Below, in pieces: positions 13,601 to 28,597 of a stretch of 64,000 bases of DNA. This DNA comes from the human T2T-CHM13v2.0 reference genome, Homo sapiens, in the NCBI RefSeq assembly GCF_009914755.1, contig NC_060948.1, one strand, 5' to 3'. How positions within the stretch are numbered: position 1 is the first letter of the stretch; every line of letters begins with the position of its first letter. The notes beneath the pieces were generated by a model. That model was not told the DNA's origin, did no database searches, and saw nothing but the letters and a program-made list of their open reading frames with translations. Made by a program: the position numbers and the translations under genes.

Positions 13601-14271
13601 GGAATGGAATCTAATGGAATGGAATTAAATGGAAATGAATCAAATTGAATAGCACGGAATTGAATTGAATGGAATGGAATGCAATGGAATCTAATGAAAC
13701 GGAAAGGAAAGGAATGGAATGGAATGGAATGGGCTGGAATGGAAAGGAATCGAAACGAATGGAATGGAATCGAACTGAAGAGACTGGAATGGAATGCACT
13801 GGAATGGAAGGGAGTGTAATGGAAGGTTGTCGAAAAAAATGGAATCGAATGGAATGGAATTGAATGGAACGGAATAGAGTCGAATGGAATTGAATGGAAT
13901 GGAATGGACTAGAGTGAAATGGAATCGAACCACAAGGAATGGACAGGAATAGAATGGTCTCGAATTGAATGGAATCGTATGGAATGGCATCAAACGGAAT
14001 GGAATGGACAGCCACGGAATGGAATGCACTCGAATGCAATGGAGTCGAAACAAATGGACTGGAATAGAATGGACTCGACTGGTACGGACTCCAATGGAAT
14101 GGAATCGAATGGAAGGGAATCGAACGGAAGGGAATCGAACGGAATGGACTCGAAGGGAAAAGACTGCAATGGAAAGGTCTCGAATGGAATGGAAATTAAT
14201 GGAATGGAATGGAATCGAATGAAATGGAGTCAAAAGGAATGGAATCGAATGGCAAGAAATCGAATGTAATG
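10688..14271 (+). repeat. DYZ1 unit 4 (3584 bp; subtype C; HaeIII site lost)
   Basis: Markers gactgaaat, ggaaatgaat, caacacgaat, gacatc, gcagtggaat; 9-pentamer tract; ggacaggtct at 13161. Confidence 0.9.
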
Positions 14272-17200
14272 GAATCGCCAGGAATTGATGTGAACGGAAC
14301 GGAATGGAATGGAATCCAAAGGAATGGAATAGAATGGAATGGAATCGAATGGAAAGGACTCGAATGGAAATCACTCGAATAGAATGCAATTTAATAAAAT
14401 AGGATCAAATGTAATGGAATGGAATGGAAAGGAATCGAAACGAAAGGAATGGAGACAGATGGAATGGAATGGAACAGAGAGCAATGGTATAGAATGGAAT
14501 GGAATCATCTGGAATGGAATTGAATGGAATGGAATAATATGAAATGGAATGGAATGGAATGGAATGGAATGCCCTTGAATTAAATGGACTGGAATGGAAT
14601 GGACTCAAACAGAGTGGAATGGAAAGTGTGGAGATAGAATGGAATGAACTCCTTTGGAATGGTGTAGTATGCAATGCAATCGACTGGCAGGGAATCAAAA
14701 GGAATGTAATCGAATGGATTGGACTGGAATGCAATGGACTCGAATAGATTGGAAACGGAATGCAAAGGAATGGAATGGAATAGTATGGAATGCAATGGAA
14801 GGGAATGGAGTGGAATAGACTAGAGTGGAATGGAATGGACTGGAAAGCAATGGACTGGAATGGAACTTTCTTGGATGGACTGGAACCAAACGGAATGGAA
14901 TGCAATGCAATCAAATGGCATGGAATAAAATAGAATGAAAGAGAATCAAATGGAATTGAATCGAATGGAATCGAATGGATTGGAAAGGAATAGAATGGAA
15001 TGGAATGGAATTGACTCAAATGGAATGGACTAGAATGGAATGGATTCGAATGGAAGGCAAAGGAATGGAATCTATTGGAATGGACTGTAATGGAATGGAA
15101 TGGAAGGGATTGGAATGGACTCGAATGGAATGGACTGCAATAGAAAGGATTCGAATGGAATGAAAAAGAATTGAATGGAATAGAACAGAATGGAATCAAA
15201 TCGAATGAAATGGAATGGAATAGAAAGGAATGGAATGAAATGGAATGGAAAGGATTCGAATGGAATGCAATCGAATGGAATGGAATCGAACGGAATGGAA
15301 TAAAATGGAAGAAAACTGGCAAGAAATGGAATCGAAATGAATGGAGTGTTATGGAACGGACTCAAAAGGAATTGAATGTAATAGAATGGAGTGGAGTGGA
15401 CTCGAATATAATGGACTGGAATGGAATGAAATCACATGGAATGGGAACGAATGGAATGGAATGGAAAGGAATGGAATCGAATGGAAAGGAATCGAATGGA
15501 AGGGAATGAAATTGAATCAACAGGAATGGAAGGGAATAGAATAGACGGTAATGGAATGGACTCGAATAGAATGGACACGAATGCTCAAATTAAATGGACT
15601 CGAATGGAATGGAAACGAAAGGAATGTCATCGAATGGAATTGAATCGATTGGAATGAAATCGCATAGAATGGAGTGGAATCAAATGGAATTGAATCGAAA
15701 GGAAAGGAAGCGAATGGACTGAAATGAAATGGAATGGAATTGAATGGAAAGTAATGCAATGGAATAGAATGGAACGAAATTTCACGGAATGGAATCAAAC
15801 TGAATGGAATCAAATCAATGGAATCAAATCAAATGGAATGGAAAGGAATTGAATGGAGTAGATGGGATTGGATGGGATTGGAATGAAATGTACTGGAAAG
15901 GACTCGAATTTCATGAAACGGAATGGAATGAATTGGAACGGAATGGACTCGAATGGAATGGAATGTCATGGGATTGCATCAAATGGAATGGCATCAAATG
16001 GAATGGAATCGAATGCAATGGAATGCTATGGAATGGAATGGAATGCATTGGAATGGAATGTCCTCTAATGGAATGGATTCGAGTGGAATGGAATTGAATA
16101 TAATGGAGTCGAATGAAATGGAATTGAAAGGAATGGGATCGAATACAATGGAATATACTGGAATGTAACGTAATGAACTCGAATGTAATTGACTGGAATG
16201 GAATGTACATGAATGGAATGTAATCGAATGGAAAGTAATCCAATGGAATAGAATCTAATGCAATAAAATCGACTCAGATAGAGTAGAATGTAATGGAATG
16301 GAGTGCAGTGCAATGGAATGGAATGGAATGGAATGCAATGGAATGGAATGGAATGGAATGTAATGGAATGGAATGTAATGGAATGGGATGGAATGGTATG
16401 GAATGGATAGTAATGGACTGGAGTGAAATGGACTGGAAAGGAATGGACTCAAATTGAAAGGGCTCGAAAGGAATGGAGTCAAATGGAATGGTCTGGAATG
16501 GAATGAACACGAATGTAATGCAACCCAATAGAATGGAATCGAATGGCATGGAATATAAAGAAATGGAATCGAAGAGAATGGAAACAAATGGAATGGAATT
16601 GAATGGAATGGAATTGAATGGAATGGGAACGAATGGAGTGAAATTGTATGCAGTAGAAGAGAATAGAATGGAATGCAAGCGAAAGGAAAGGAATGGATTG
16701 GAATGGAATGGAATTCATTGGAATGGAAGGGAATGTAGTGTAATGGACAGGTCTGGAATAAAGTGGAATGCTACGGTCTCGAATGGAATAAAAATGTATG
16801 GAATGGAATGCAATGAAACGGAATCGAATGTCATAGAATGTAATGGAATGCAAAAAAATGGAATCCAAAATCATTGACTGGAAAGGCTGGGTGTCGAAAG
16901 GAATTGACTCCAATGGAATGGAATCGAATGGAATGGAAGTGAATAGAATCGAACTAAATCGAATGGAATGGAATTGATAGGAACGGAATGGAAAGGAATG
17001 CAATGATTTGGCATGGAATGGAATCGAATGGCATCGAATGGAATGGAATGGAATGCAATGGAATGGAATGTATTAGAATGTAATGAACTTTAATGGAATG
17101 TACTCGAATGGATTCGACTGGAATGGAATGTTCTGGAAGTGAATGGACTCCAATGGAATGGATTCAAAAGGAATGGAATCGTACGGAATGGAATCTAATG

Positions 17201-17855
17201 GAATGGAATTAAATGGAAATGAATCAAATTGAATAGCACGGAATTGAATTGAATGGAATGGAATGCAATGGAATCTAATGAAACGGAAAGGAAAGGAATG
17301 GAATGGAATGGAATGGGCTGGAATGGAAAGGAATCGAAACGAATGGAATGGAATCGAACTGAAGAGACTGGAATGGAATGCACTGGAATGGAAGGGAGTG
17401 TAATGGAAGGTTGTCGAAAAAAATGGAATCGAATGGAATGGAATTGAATGGAACGGAATAGAGTCGAATGGAATTGAATGGAATGGAATGGACTAGAGTG
17501 AAATGGAATCGAACCACAAGGAATGGACAGGAATAGAATGGTCTCGAATTGAATGGAATCGTATGGAATGGCATCAAACGGAATGGAATGGACAGCCACG
17601 GAATGGAATGCACTCGAATGCAATGGAGTCGAAACAAATGGACTGGAATAGAATGGACTCGACTGGTACGGACTCCAATGGAATGGAATCGAATGGAAGG
17701 GAATCGAACGGAAGGGAATCGAACGGAATGGACTCGAAGGGAAAAGACTGCAATGGAAAGGTCTCGAATGGAATGGAAATTAATGGAATGGAATGGAATC
17801 GAATGAAATGGAGTCAAAAGGAATGGAATCGAATGGCAAGAAATCGAATGTAATG
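14272..17855 (+). repeat. DYZ1 unit 5 (3584 bp; subtype L; HaeIII site lost)
   Basis: Markers ggaaccaaac, gggattgcat; two gtaat interruptions in the tract; gacaggtctgg at 16746. Confidence 0.9.
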
Positions 17856-20800
17856 GAATCGCCAGGAATTGATGTGAACGGAACGGAATGGAATGGAATC
17901 CAAAGGAATGGAATAGAATGGAATGGAATCGAATGGAAAGGACTCGAATGGAAATCACTCGAATAGAATGCAATTTAATAAAATAGGATCAAATGTAATG
18001 GAATGGAATGGAAAGGAATCGAAACGAAAGGAATGGAGACAGATGGAATGGAATGGAACAGAGAGCAATGGTATAGAATGGAATGGAATCATCTGGAATG
18101 GAATTGAATGGAATGGAATAATATGAAATGGAATGGAATGGAATGGAATGGAATGCCCTTGAATTAAATGGACTGGAATGGAATGGACTCAAACAGAGTG
18201 GAATGGAAAGTGTGGAGATAGAATGGAATGAACTCCTTTGGAATGGTGTAGTATGCAATGCAATCGACTGGCAGGGAATCAAAAGGAATGTAATCGAATG
18301 GATTGGACTGGAATGCAATGGACTCGAATAGATTGGAAACGGAATGCAAAGGAATGGAATGGAATAGTATGGAATGCAATGGAAGGGAATGGAGTGGAAT
18401 AGACTAGAGTGGAATGGAATGGACTGGAAAGCAATGGACTGGAATGGAACTTTCTTGGATGGACTGGAACCAAACGGAATGGAATGCAATGCAATCAAAT
18501 GGCATGGAATAAAATAGAATGAAAGAGAATCAAATGGAATTGAATCGAATGGAATCGAATGGATTGGAAAGGAATAGAATGGAATGGAATGGAATTGACT
18601 CAAATGGAATGGACTAGAATGGAATGGATTCGAATGGAAGGCAAAGGAATGGAATCTATTGGAATGGACTGTAATGGAATGGAATGGAAGGGATTGGAAT
18701 GGACTCGAATGGAATGGACTGCAATAGAAAGGATTCGAATGGAATGAAAAAGAATTGAATGGAATAGAACAGAATGGAATCAAATCGAATGAAATGGAAT
18801 GGAATAGAAAGGAATGGAATGAAATGGAATGGAAAGGATTCGAATGGAATGCAATCGAATGGAATGGAATCGAACGGAATGGAATAAAATGGAAGAAAAC
18901 TGGCAAGAAATGGAATCGAAATGAATGGAGTGTTATGGAACGGACTCAAAAGGAATTGAATGTAATAGAATGGAGTGGAGTGGACTCGAATATAATGGAC
19001 TGGAATGGAATGAAATCACATGGAATGGGAACGAATGGAATGGAATGGAAAGGAATGGAATCGAATGGAAAGGAATCGAATGGAAGGGAATGAAATTGAA
19101 TCAACAGGAATGGAAGGGAATAGAATAGACGGTAATGGAATGGACTCGAATAGAATGGACACGAATGCTCAAATTAAATGGACTCGAATGGAATGGAAAC
19201 GAAAGGAATGTCATCGAATGGAATTGAATCGATTGGAATGAAATCGCATAGAATGGAGTGGAATCAAATGGAATTGAATCGAAAGGAAAGGAAGCGAATG
19301 GACTGAAATGAAATGGAATGGAATTGAATGGAAAGTAATGCAATGGAATAGAATGGAACGAAATTTCACGGAATGGAATCAAACTGAATGGAATCAAATC
19401 AATGGAATCAAATCAAATGGAATGGAAAGGAATTGAATGGAGTAGATGGGATTGGATGGGATTGGAATGAAATGTACTGGAAAGGACTCGAATTTCATGA
19501 AACGGAATGGAATGAATTGGAACGGAATGGACTCGAATGGAATGGAATGTCATGGGATTGCATCAAATGGAATGGCATCAAATGGAATGGAATCGAATGC
19601 AATGGAATGCTATGGAATGGAATGGAATGCATTGGAATGGAATGTCCTCTAATGGAATGGATTCGAGTGGAATGGAATTGAATATAATGGAGTCGAATGA
19701 AATGGAATTGAAAGGAATGGGATCGAATACAATGGAATATACTGGAATGTAACGTAATGAACTCGAATGTAATTGACTGGAATGGAATGTACATGAATGG
19801 AATGTAATCGAATGGAAAGTAATCCAATGGAATAGAATCTAATGCAATAAAATCGACTCAGATAGAGTAGAATGTAATGGAATGGAGTGCAGTGCAATGG
19901 AATGGAATGGAATGGAATGCAATGGAATGGAATGGAATGGAATGTAATGGAATGGAATGTAATGGAATGGGATGGAATGGTATGGAATGGATAGTAATGG
20001 ACTGGAGTGAAATGGACTGGAAAGGAATGGACTCAAATTGAAAGGGCTCGAAAGGAATGGAGTCAAATGGAATGGTCTGGAATGGAATGAACACGAATGT
20101 AATGCAACCCAATAGAATGGAATCGAATGGCATGGAATATAAAGAAATGGAATCGAAGAGAATGGAAACAAATGGAATGGAATTGAATGGAATGGAATTG
20201 AATGGAATGGGAACGAATGGAGTGAAATTGTATGCAGTAGAAGAGAATAGAATGGAATGCAAGCGAAAGGAAAGGAATGGATTGGAATGGAATGGAATTC
20301 ATTGGAATGGAAGGGAATGTAGTGTAATGGACAGGCCTGGAATAAAGTGGAATGCTACGGTCTCGAATGGAATAAAAATGTATGGAATGGAATGCAATGA
20401 AACGGAATCGAATGTCATAGAATGTAATGGAATGCAAAAAAATGGAATCCAAAATCATTGACTGGAAAGGCTGGGTGTCGAAAGGAATTGACTCCAATGG
20501 AATGGAATCGAATGGAATGGAAGTGAATAGAATCGAACTAAATCGAATGGAATGGAATTGATAGGAACGGAATGGAAAGGAATGCAATGATTTGGCATGG
20601 AATGGAATCGAATGGCATCGAATGGAATGGAATGGAATGCAATGGAATGGAATGTATTAGAATGTAATGAACTTTAATGGAATGTACTCGAATGGATTCG
20701 ACTGGAATGGAATGTTCTGGAAGTGAATGGACTCCAATGGAATGGATTCAAAAGGAATGGAATCGTACGGAATGGAATCTAATGGAATGGAATTAAATGG

Positions 20801-21439
20801 AAATGAATCAAATTGAATAGCACGGAATTGAATTGAATGGAATGGAATGCAATGGAATCTAATGAAACGGAAAGGAAAGGAATGGAATGGAATGGAATGG
20901 GCTGGAATGGAAAGGAATCGAAACGAATGGAATGGAATCGAACTGAAGAGACTGGAATGGAATGCACTGGAATGGAAGGGAGTGTAATGGAAGGTTCTCG
21001 AAAAAAATGGAATCGAATGGAATGGAATTGAATGGAACGGAATAGAGTCGAATGGAATTGAATGGAATGGAATGGACTAGAGTGAAATGGAATCGAACCA
21101 CAAGGAATGGACAGGAATAGAATGGTCTCGAATTGAATGGAATCGTATGGAATGGCATCAAACGGAATGGAATGGACAGCCACGGAATGGAATGCACTCG
21201 AATGCAATGGAGTCGAAACAAATGGACTGGAATAGAATGGACTCGACTGGTACGGACTCCAATGGAATGGAATCGAATGGAAGGGAATCGAACGGAAGGG
21301 AATCGAACGGAATGGACTCGAAGGGAAAAGACTGCAATGGAAAGGTCTCGAATGGAATGGAAATTAATGGAATGGAATGGAATCGAATGAAATGGAGTCA
21401 AAAGGAATGGAATCGAATGGCAAGAAATCGAATGTAATG
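17856..21439 (+). repeat. DYZ1 unit 6 (3584 bp; subtype L)
   Basis: Same front markers as unit 5; GGCC intact at 20334; ggttctcg. Confidence 0.9.
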
Positions 21440-24400
21440 GAATCGCCAGGAATTGATGTGAACGGAACGGAATGGAATGGAATCCAAAGGAATGGAATAG
21501 AATGGAATGGAATCGAATGGAAAGGACTCGAATGGAAATCACTCGAATAGAATGCAATTTAATAAAATAGGATCAAATGTAATGGAATGGAATGGAAAGG
21601 AATCGAAACGAAAGGAATGGAGACAGATGGAATGGAATGGAACAGAGAGCAATGGTATAGAATGGAATGGAATCATCTGGAATGGAATTGAATGGAATGG
21701 AATAATATGAAATGGAATGGAATGGAATGGAATGGAATGCCCTTGAATTAAATGGACTGGAATGGAATGGACTCAAACAGAGTGGAATGGAAAGTGTGGA
21801 GATAGAATGGAATGAACTCCTTTGGAATGGTGTAGTATGCAATGCAATCGACTGGCAGGGAATCAAAAGGAATGTAATCGAATGGATTGGACTGGAATGC
21901 AATGGACTCGAATAGATTGGAAACGGAATGCAAAGGAATGGAATGGAATAGTATGGAATGCAATGGAAGGGAATGGAGTGGAATAGACTAGAGTGGAATG
22001 GAATGGACTGGAAAGCAATGGACTGAAATGGAACTTTCCTGAATGGACTGGAATCAAACGGAATGGAATGCAATGCAATCAAATGGCATGGAATAAAATA
22101 GAATGAAAGAGAATCAAATGGAATTGAATCGAATGGAATCGAATGGATTGGAAAGGAATAGAATGGAATGGAATGGAATTGACTCAAATGGAATGGACTA
22201 GAATGGAATGGATTCGAATGGAAGGCAAAGGAATGGAATCTATTGGAATGGACTGTAATGGAATGGAATGGAAGGGATTGGAATGGACTCGAATGGAATG
22301 GACTGCAATAGAAAGGATTCGAATGGAATGAAAAAGAATTGAATGGAATAGAACAGAATGGAATCAAATCGAATGAAATGGAATGGAATAGAAAGGAATG
22401 GAATGAAATGGAATGGAAAGGATTCGAATGGAATGCAATCGAATGGAATGGAATCGAACGGAATGGAATAAAATGGAAGAAAACTGGCAAGAAATGGAAT
22501 CGAAATGAATGGAGTGTTATGGAACGGACTCAAAAGGAATTGAATGTAATAGAATGGAGTGGAGTGGACTCGAATATAATGGACTGGAATGGAATGAAAT
22601 CACATGGAATGGGAACGAATGGAATGGAATGGAAAGGAATGGAATCGAATGGAAAGGAATCGAATGGAAGGGAATGAAATTGAATCAACAGGAATGGAAG
22701 GGAATAGAATAGACGGTAATGGAATGGACTCGAATAGAATGGACACGAATGCTCAAATTAAATGGACTCGAATGGAATGGAAACGAAAGGAATGTCATCG
22801 AATGGAATTGAATCGATTGGAATGAAATCGCATAGAATGGAGTGGAATCAAATGGAATTGAATCGAAAGGAAAGGAAGCGAATGGACTGAAATGAAATGG
22901 AATGGAATTGAATGGAAAGTAATGCAATGGAATAGAATGGAACGAAATTTCACGGAATGGAATCAAACTGAATGGAATCAAATCAATGGAATCAAATCAA
23001 ATGGAATGGAAAGGAATTGAATGGAGTAGATGGGATTGGATGGGATTGGAATGAAATGTACTGGAAAGGACTCGAATTTCATGAAACGGAATGGAATGAA
23101 TTGGAACGGAATGGACTCGAATGGAATGGAATGTCATGGGATGGCATCAAATGGAATGGCATCAAATGGAATGGAATCGAATGCAATGGAATGCTATGGA
23201 ATGGAATGGAATGCATTGGAATGGAAAGTCCTCTAATGGAATGGATTCGAGTGGAATGGAATTGAATATAATGGAGTCGAATGAAATGGAATTGAAAGGA
23301 ATGGGATCGAATACAATGGAATATACTGGAATGTAACGTAATGAACTCGAATGTAATTGACTGGAAAGGAATGTACATGAATGGAATGTAATCGAATGGA
23401 AAGTAATCCAATGGAATAGAATCTAATGCAATAAAATCGACTCAGATAGAGTAGAATGTAATGGAATGGAGTGCAGTGCAATGGAATGGAATGGAATGGA
23501 ATGCAATGGAATGGAATGGAATGGAATGGAATGGAATGGAATGGAATGGGATGGAATGGTATGGAATGGATAGTAATGGACTGGAGTGAAATGGACTGGA
23601 AAGGAATGGACTCAAATTGAAAGGGCTCGAAAGGAATGGAGTCAAATGGAATGGTCTGGAATGGAATGAACACGAATGTAATGCAACCCAATAGAATGGA
23701 ATCGAATGGCATGGAATATAAAGAAATGGAATCGAAGAGAATGGAAACAAATGGAATGGAATTGAATGGAATGGAATTGAATGGAATGGGAACGAATGGA
23801 GTGAAATTGTATGCAGTAGAAGAGAATAGAATGGAATGCAAGCGAAAGGAAAGGAATGGATTGGAATGGAATGGAATTCATTGGAATGGAAGGGAATGTA
23901 GTGTAATGGACAGGCCTGGAATAAAGTGGAATGCTACGGTCTCGAATGGAATAAAAATGTATGGAATGGAATGCAATGAAACGGAATCGAATGTCATAGA
24001 ATGTAATGGAATGCAAAAAAATGGAATCCAAAATCATTGACTGGAAAGGCTGGGTGTCGAAAGGAATTGACTCCAATGGAATGGAATCGAATGGAATGGA
24101 AGTGAATAGAATCGAACTAAATCGAATGGAATGGAATTGATAGGAACGGAATGGAAAGGAATGCAATGATTTGGCATGGAATGGAATCGAATGGCATCGA
24201 ATGGAATGGAATGGAATGCAATGGAATGGAATGTATTAGAATGTAATGAACTTTAATGGAATGTACTCGAATGGATTCGACTGGAACGGAATGTTCTGGA
24301 AGTGAATGGACTCCAATGGAATGGATTCAAAAGGAATGGAATCGTACGGAATGGAATCTAATGGAATGGAATTAAATGGAAATGAATCAAATTGAATAGC

Positions 24401-25018
24401 ACGGAATTGAATTGAATGGAATGGAATGCAATGGAATCTAATGAAACGGAAAGGAAAGGAATGGAATGGAATGGAATGGGCTGGAATGGAAAGGAATCGA
24501 AACGAATGGAATGGAATCGAACTGAAGAGACTGGAATGGAATGCACTGGAATGGAAGGGAGTGTAATGGAAGGTTCTCGAAAAAAATGGAATCGAATGGA
24601 ATGGAATTGAATGGAACGGAATAGAGTCGAATGGAATTGAATGGAATGGAATGGACTAGAGTGAAATGGAATCGAACCACAAGGAATGGACAGGAATAGA
24701 ATGGTCTCGAATTGAATGGAATCGTATGGAATGGCATCAAACGGAATGGAATGGACAGCCACGGAATGGAATGCACTCGAATGCAATGGAGTCGAAACAA
24801 ATGGACTGGAATAGAATGGACTCGACTGGTACGGACTCCAATGGAATGGAATCGAATGGAAGGGAATCGAACGGAAGGGAATCGAACGGAATGGACTCGA
24901 AGGGAAAAGACTGCAATGGAAAGGTCTCGAATGGAATGGAAATTAATGGAATGGAATGGAATCGAATGAAATGGAGTCAAAAGGAATGGAATCGAATGGC
25001 AAGAAATCGAATGTAATG
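21440..25018 (+). repeat. DYZ1 unit 7 (3579 bp; subtype E)
   Basis: Markers ctttcctgaat, ggaaagtcct, gactggaacggaatgttct. Confidence 0.9.
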
Positions 25019-28000
25019 GAATCGCCAGGAATTGATGTGAACGGAACGGAATGGAATGGAATCCAAAGGAATGGAATAGAATGGAATGGAATCGAATGGA
25101 AAGGACTCGAATGGAAATCACTCGAATAGAATGCAATTTAATAAAATAGGATCAAATGTAATGGAATGGAATGGAAAGGAATCGAAACGAAAGGAATGGA
25201 GACAGATGGAATGGAATGGAACAGAGAGCAATGGTATAGAATGGAATGGAATCATCTGGAATGGAATTGAATGGAATGGAATAATATGAAATGGAATGGA
25301 ATGGAATGGAGTGGAATGCCCTTAAATTAAATGGACTGGAATGGAATGGACTCAAACAGAGTGGAATGGAAAGTGTGGAGATAGAATGGAATGAACTCCT
25401 TTGGAATGGTGTAGTATGCAATGCAATCGACTGGCAGGGAATCAAAAGAAATGTAATCGAATGGATTGGACTGGAATGCAATGGACTCGAATAGATTGGA
25501 AACGGAATGCAAAGGAATGGAATGGAATAGTATGGAATGCAATGGAAGGGAATGGAGTGGAATAGACTAGAGTGGAATGGAATGGACTGGAAAGCAATGG
25601 ACTGGAATGGAACTTTCTTGGATGGACTGGAATCAAACGGAATGGAATGCAATGCAATCAAATGGCATGGAATAAAATAGAATGAAAGAGAATCAAATGG
25701 AATTGAATCGAATGGAATCGAATGGATTGGAAAGGAATAGAATGGAATGGAATGGAATTGACTCAAATGGAATGGACTAGAATGGAATGGATTCGAATGG
25801 AAGGCAAAGGAATGGAATCTATTGGAATGGACTGTAATGGAATGGAATGGAAGGGATTGGAATGGACTCGAATGGAATGGACTGCAATAGAAAGGATTCG
25901 AATGGAATGAAAAAGAATTGAATGGAATAGAACAGAATGGAATCAAATCGAATGAAATGGAATGGAATAGAAAGGAATGGAATGAAATGGAATGGAAAGG
26001 ATTCGAATGTAATGCAATCGAATGGAATGGAATCGAACGGAATGGAATAAAATGGAAGAAAACTGGCAAGAAATGGAATCGAAATGAATGGAGTGTTATG
26101 GAACGGACTCAAAAGGAATTGAATGTAATAGAATGGAGTGGAGTGGACTCGAATATAATGGACTGGAATGGAATGAAATCACATGGAATGGGAACGAATG
26201 GAATGGAATGGAAAGGAATGGAATCGAATGGAAAGGAATCGAATGGAAGGGAATGAAATTGAATCAACAGGAATGGAAGGGAATAGAATAGACTGTAATG
26301 GAATGGACTCGAATAGAATGGACACGAATGCTCAAATTAAATGGACTCGAATGGAATGGAAACGAAAGGAATGTCATCGAATGGAATTGAATCGATTGGA
26401 ATGAAATCGCATAGAATGGAGTGGAATCAAATGGAATTGAATCGAAAGGAAAGGAAGCGAATGGACTGAAATGAAATGGAATGGAATTGAATGGAAAGTA
26501 ATGCAATGGAATAGAATGGAACGAAATTTCACGGAATGGAATCAAACTGAATGGAATCAAATCAATGGAATCAAATCAAATGGAATGGAAAGGAATTGAA
26601 TGGAGTAGATGGGATTGGATGGGATTGGAATGAAATGTACTGGAAAGGACTCGAATTTCATGAAACGGAATGGAATGAATTGGAACGGAATGGACTCGAA
26701 TGGAATGGAATGTCATGGGATGGCATCAAATGGAATGGCATCAAATGGAATGGAATCGAATGCAATGGAATGCTATGGAATGGAATGGAATGCATTGGAA
26801 TGGAAAGTCCTCTAATGGAATGGATTCGAGTGGAATGGAATTGAATATAATGGAGTCGAATGAAATGGAATTGAAAGGAATGGGATCGAATACAATGGAA
26901 TATACTGGAATGTAACGTAATGAACTCGAATGTAATTGACTGGAAAGGAATGTACATGAATGGAATGTAATCGAATGGAAAGTAATCCAATGGAATAGAA
27001 TCTAATGCAATAAAATCGACTCAGATAGAGTAGAATGTAATGGAATGGAGTGTAGTGCAATGGAATGGAATGGAATGGAATGCAATGGAATGGAATGGAA
27101 TGGAATGGAATGGAATGGAATGGAGTGGGATGGAATGGTATGGAATGGATAGTAATGGACTGGTGTGAAATGGACTGGAAAGGAATGGACTCAAATTGAA
27201 AGGGCTCGAAAGGAATGGAGTCAAATGGAATGGTCTGGAATGGAATGAACACGAATGTAATGCAACCCAATAGAATGGAATCGAATGGCATGGAATATAA
27301 AGAAATGGAATCGAAGAGAATGGAAACAAATGGAATGGAATTGAATGGAATGGAATTGAATGGAATGGGAACGAATGGAGTGAAATTGTATGCAGTAGAA
27401 GAGAATAGAATGGAATGCAAGCGAAAGGAAAGGAATGGATTGGAATGGAATGGAATTCATTGGAATGGAAGGGAATGTAGTGTAATGGACAGGCCTGGAA
27501 TAAAGTGGAATGCTACGGTCTCGAATGGAATAAAAATGTATGGAATGGAATGCAATGAAACGGAATCGAATGTCATAGAATGTAATGGAATGCAAAAAAA
27601 TGGAATCCAAAATCATTGACTGGAAAGGCTGGGTGTCGAAAGGAATTGACTCCAATGGAATGGAATCGAATGGAATGGAAGTGAATAGAATCGAACTAAA
27701 TCGAATGGAATGGAATTGATAGGAACGGAATGGAAAGGAATGCAATGATTTGGCATGGAATGGAATCGAATGGCATCGAATGGAATGGAATGGAATGCAA
27801 TGGAATGGAATGTATTAGAATGTAATGAACTTTAATGGAATGTACTCGAATGGATTCGACTGGAATGGAATGTTCTGGAAGTGAATGGACTCCAATGGAA
27901 TGGATTCAAAAGGAATGGAATCGTACGGAATGGAATCTAATGGAATGGAATTAAATGGAAATGAATCAAATTGAATAGCACGGAATTGAATTGAATGGAA

Positions 28001-28597
28001 TGGAATGCAATGGAATCTAATGAAACGGAAAGGAAAGGAATGGAATGGAATGGAATGGGCTGGAATGGAAAGGAATCGAAACGAATGGAATGGAATCGAA
28101 CTGAAGAGACTGGAATGGAATGCACTGGAATGGAAGGGAGTGTAATGGAAGGTTGTCGAAAAAAATGGAATCGAATGGAATGGAATTGAATGGAACGGAA
28201 TAGAGTCGAATGGAATTGAATGGAATGGAATGGACTAGAGTGAAATGGAATCGAACCACAAGGAATGGACAGGAATAGAATGGTCTCGAATTGAATGGAA
28301 TCGTATGGAATGGCATCAAACGGAATGGAATGGACAGCCACGGAATGGAATGCACTCGAATGCAATGGAGTCGAAACAAATGGACTGGAATAGAATGGAC
28401 TCGACTGGTACGGACTCCAATGGAATGGAATCGAATGGAAGGGAATCGAACGGAAGGGAATCGAACGGAATGGACTCGAAGGGAAAAGACTGCAATGGAA
28501 AGGTCTCGAATGGAATGGAAATTAATGGAATGGAATGGAATCGAATGAAATGGAGTCAAAAGGAATGGAATCGAATGGCAAGAAATCGAATGTAATG
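25019..28597 (+). repeat. DYZ1 unit 8 (3579 bp; subtype B)
   Basis: Shares the B markers with unit 3; private cttaaatt (25321) and tgtagtgcaa (27051). Confidence 0.9.
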
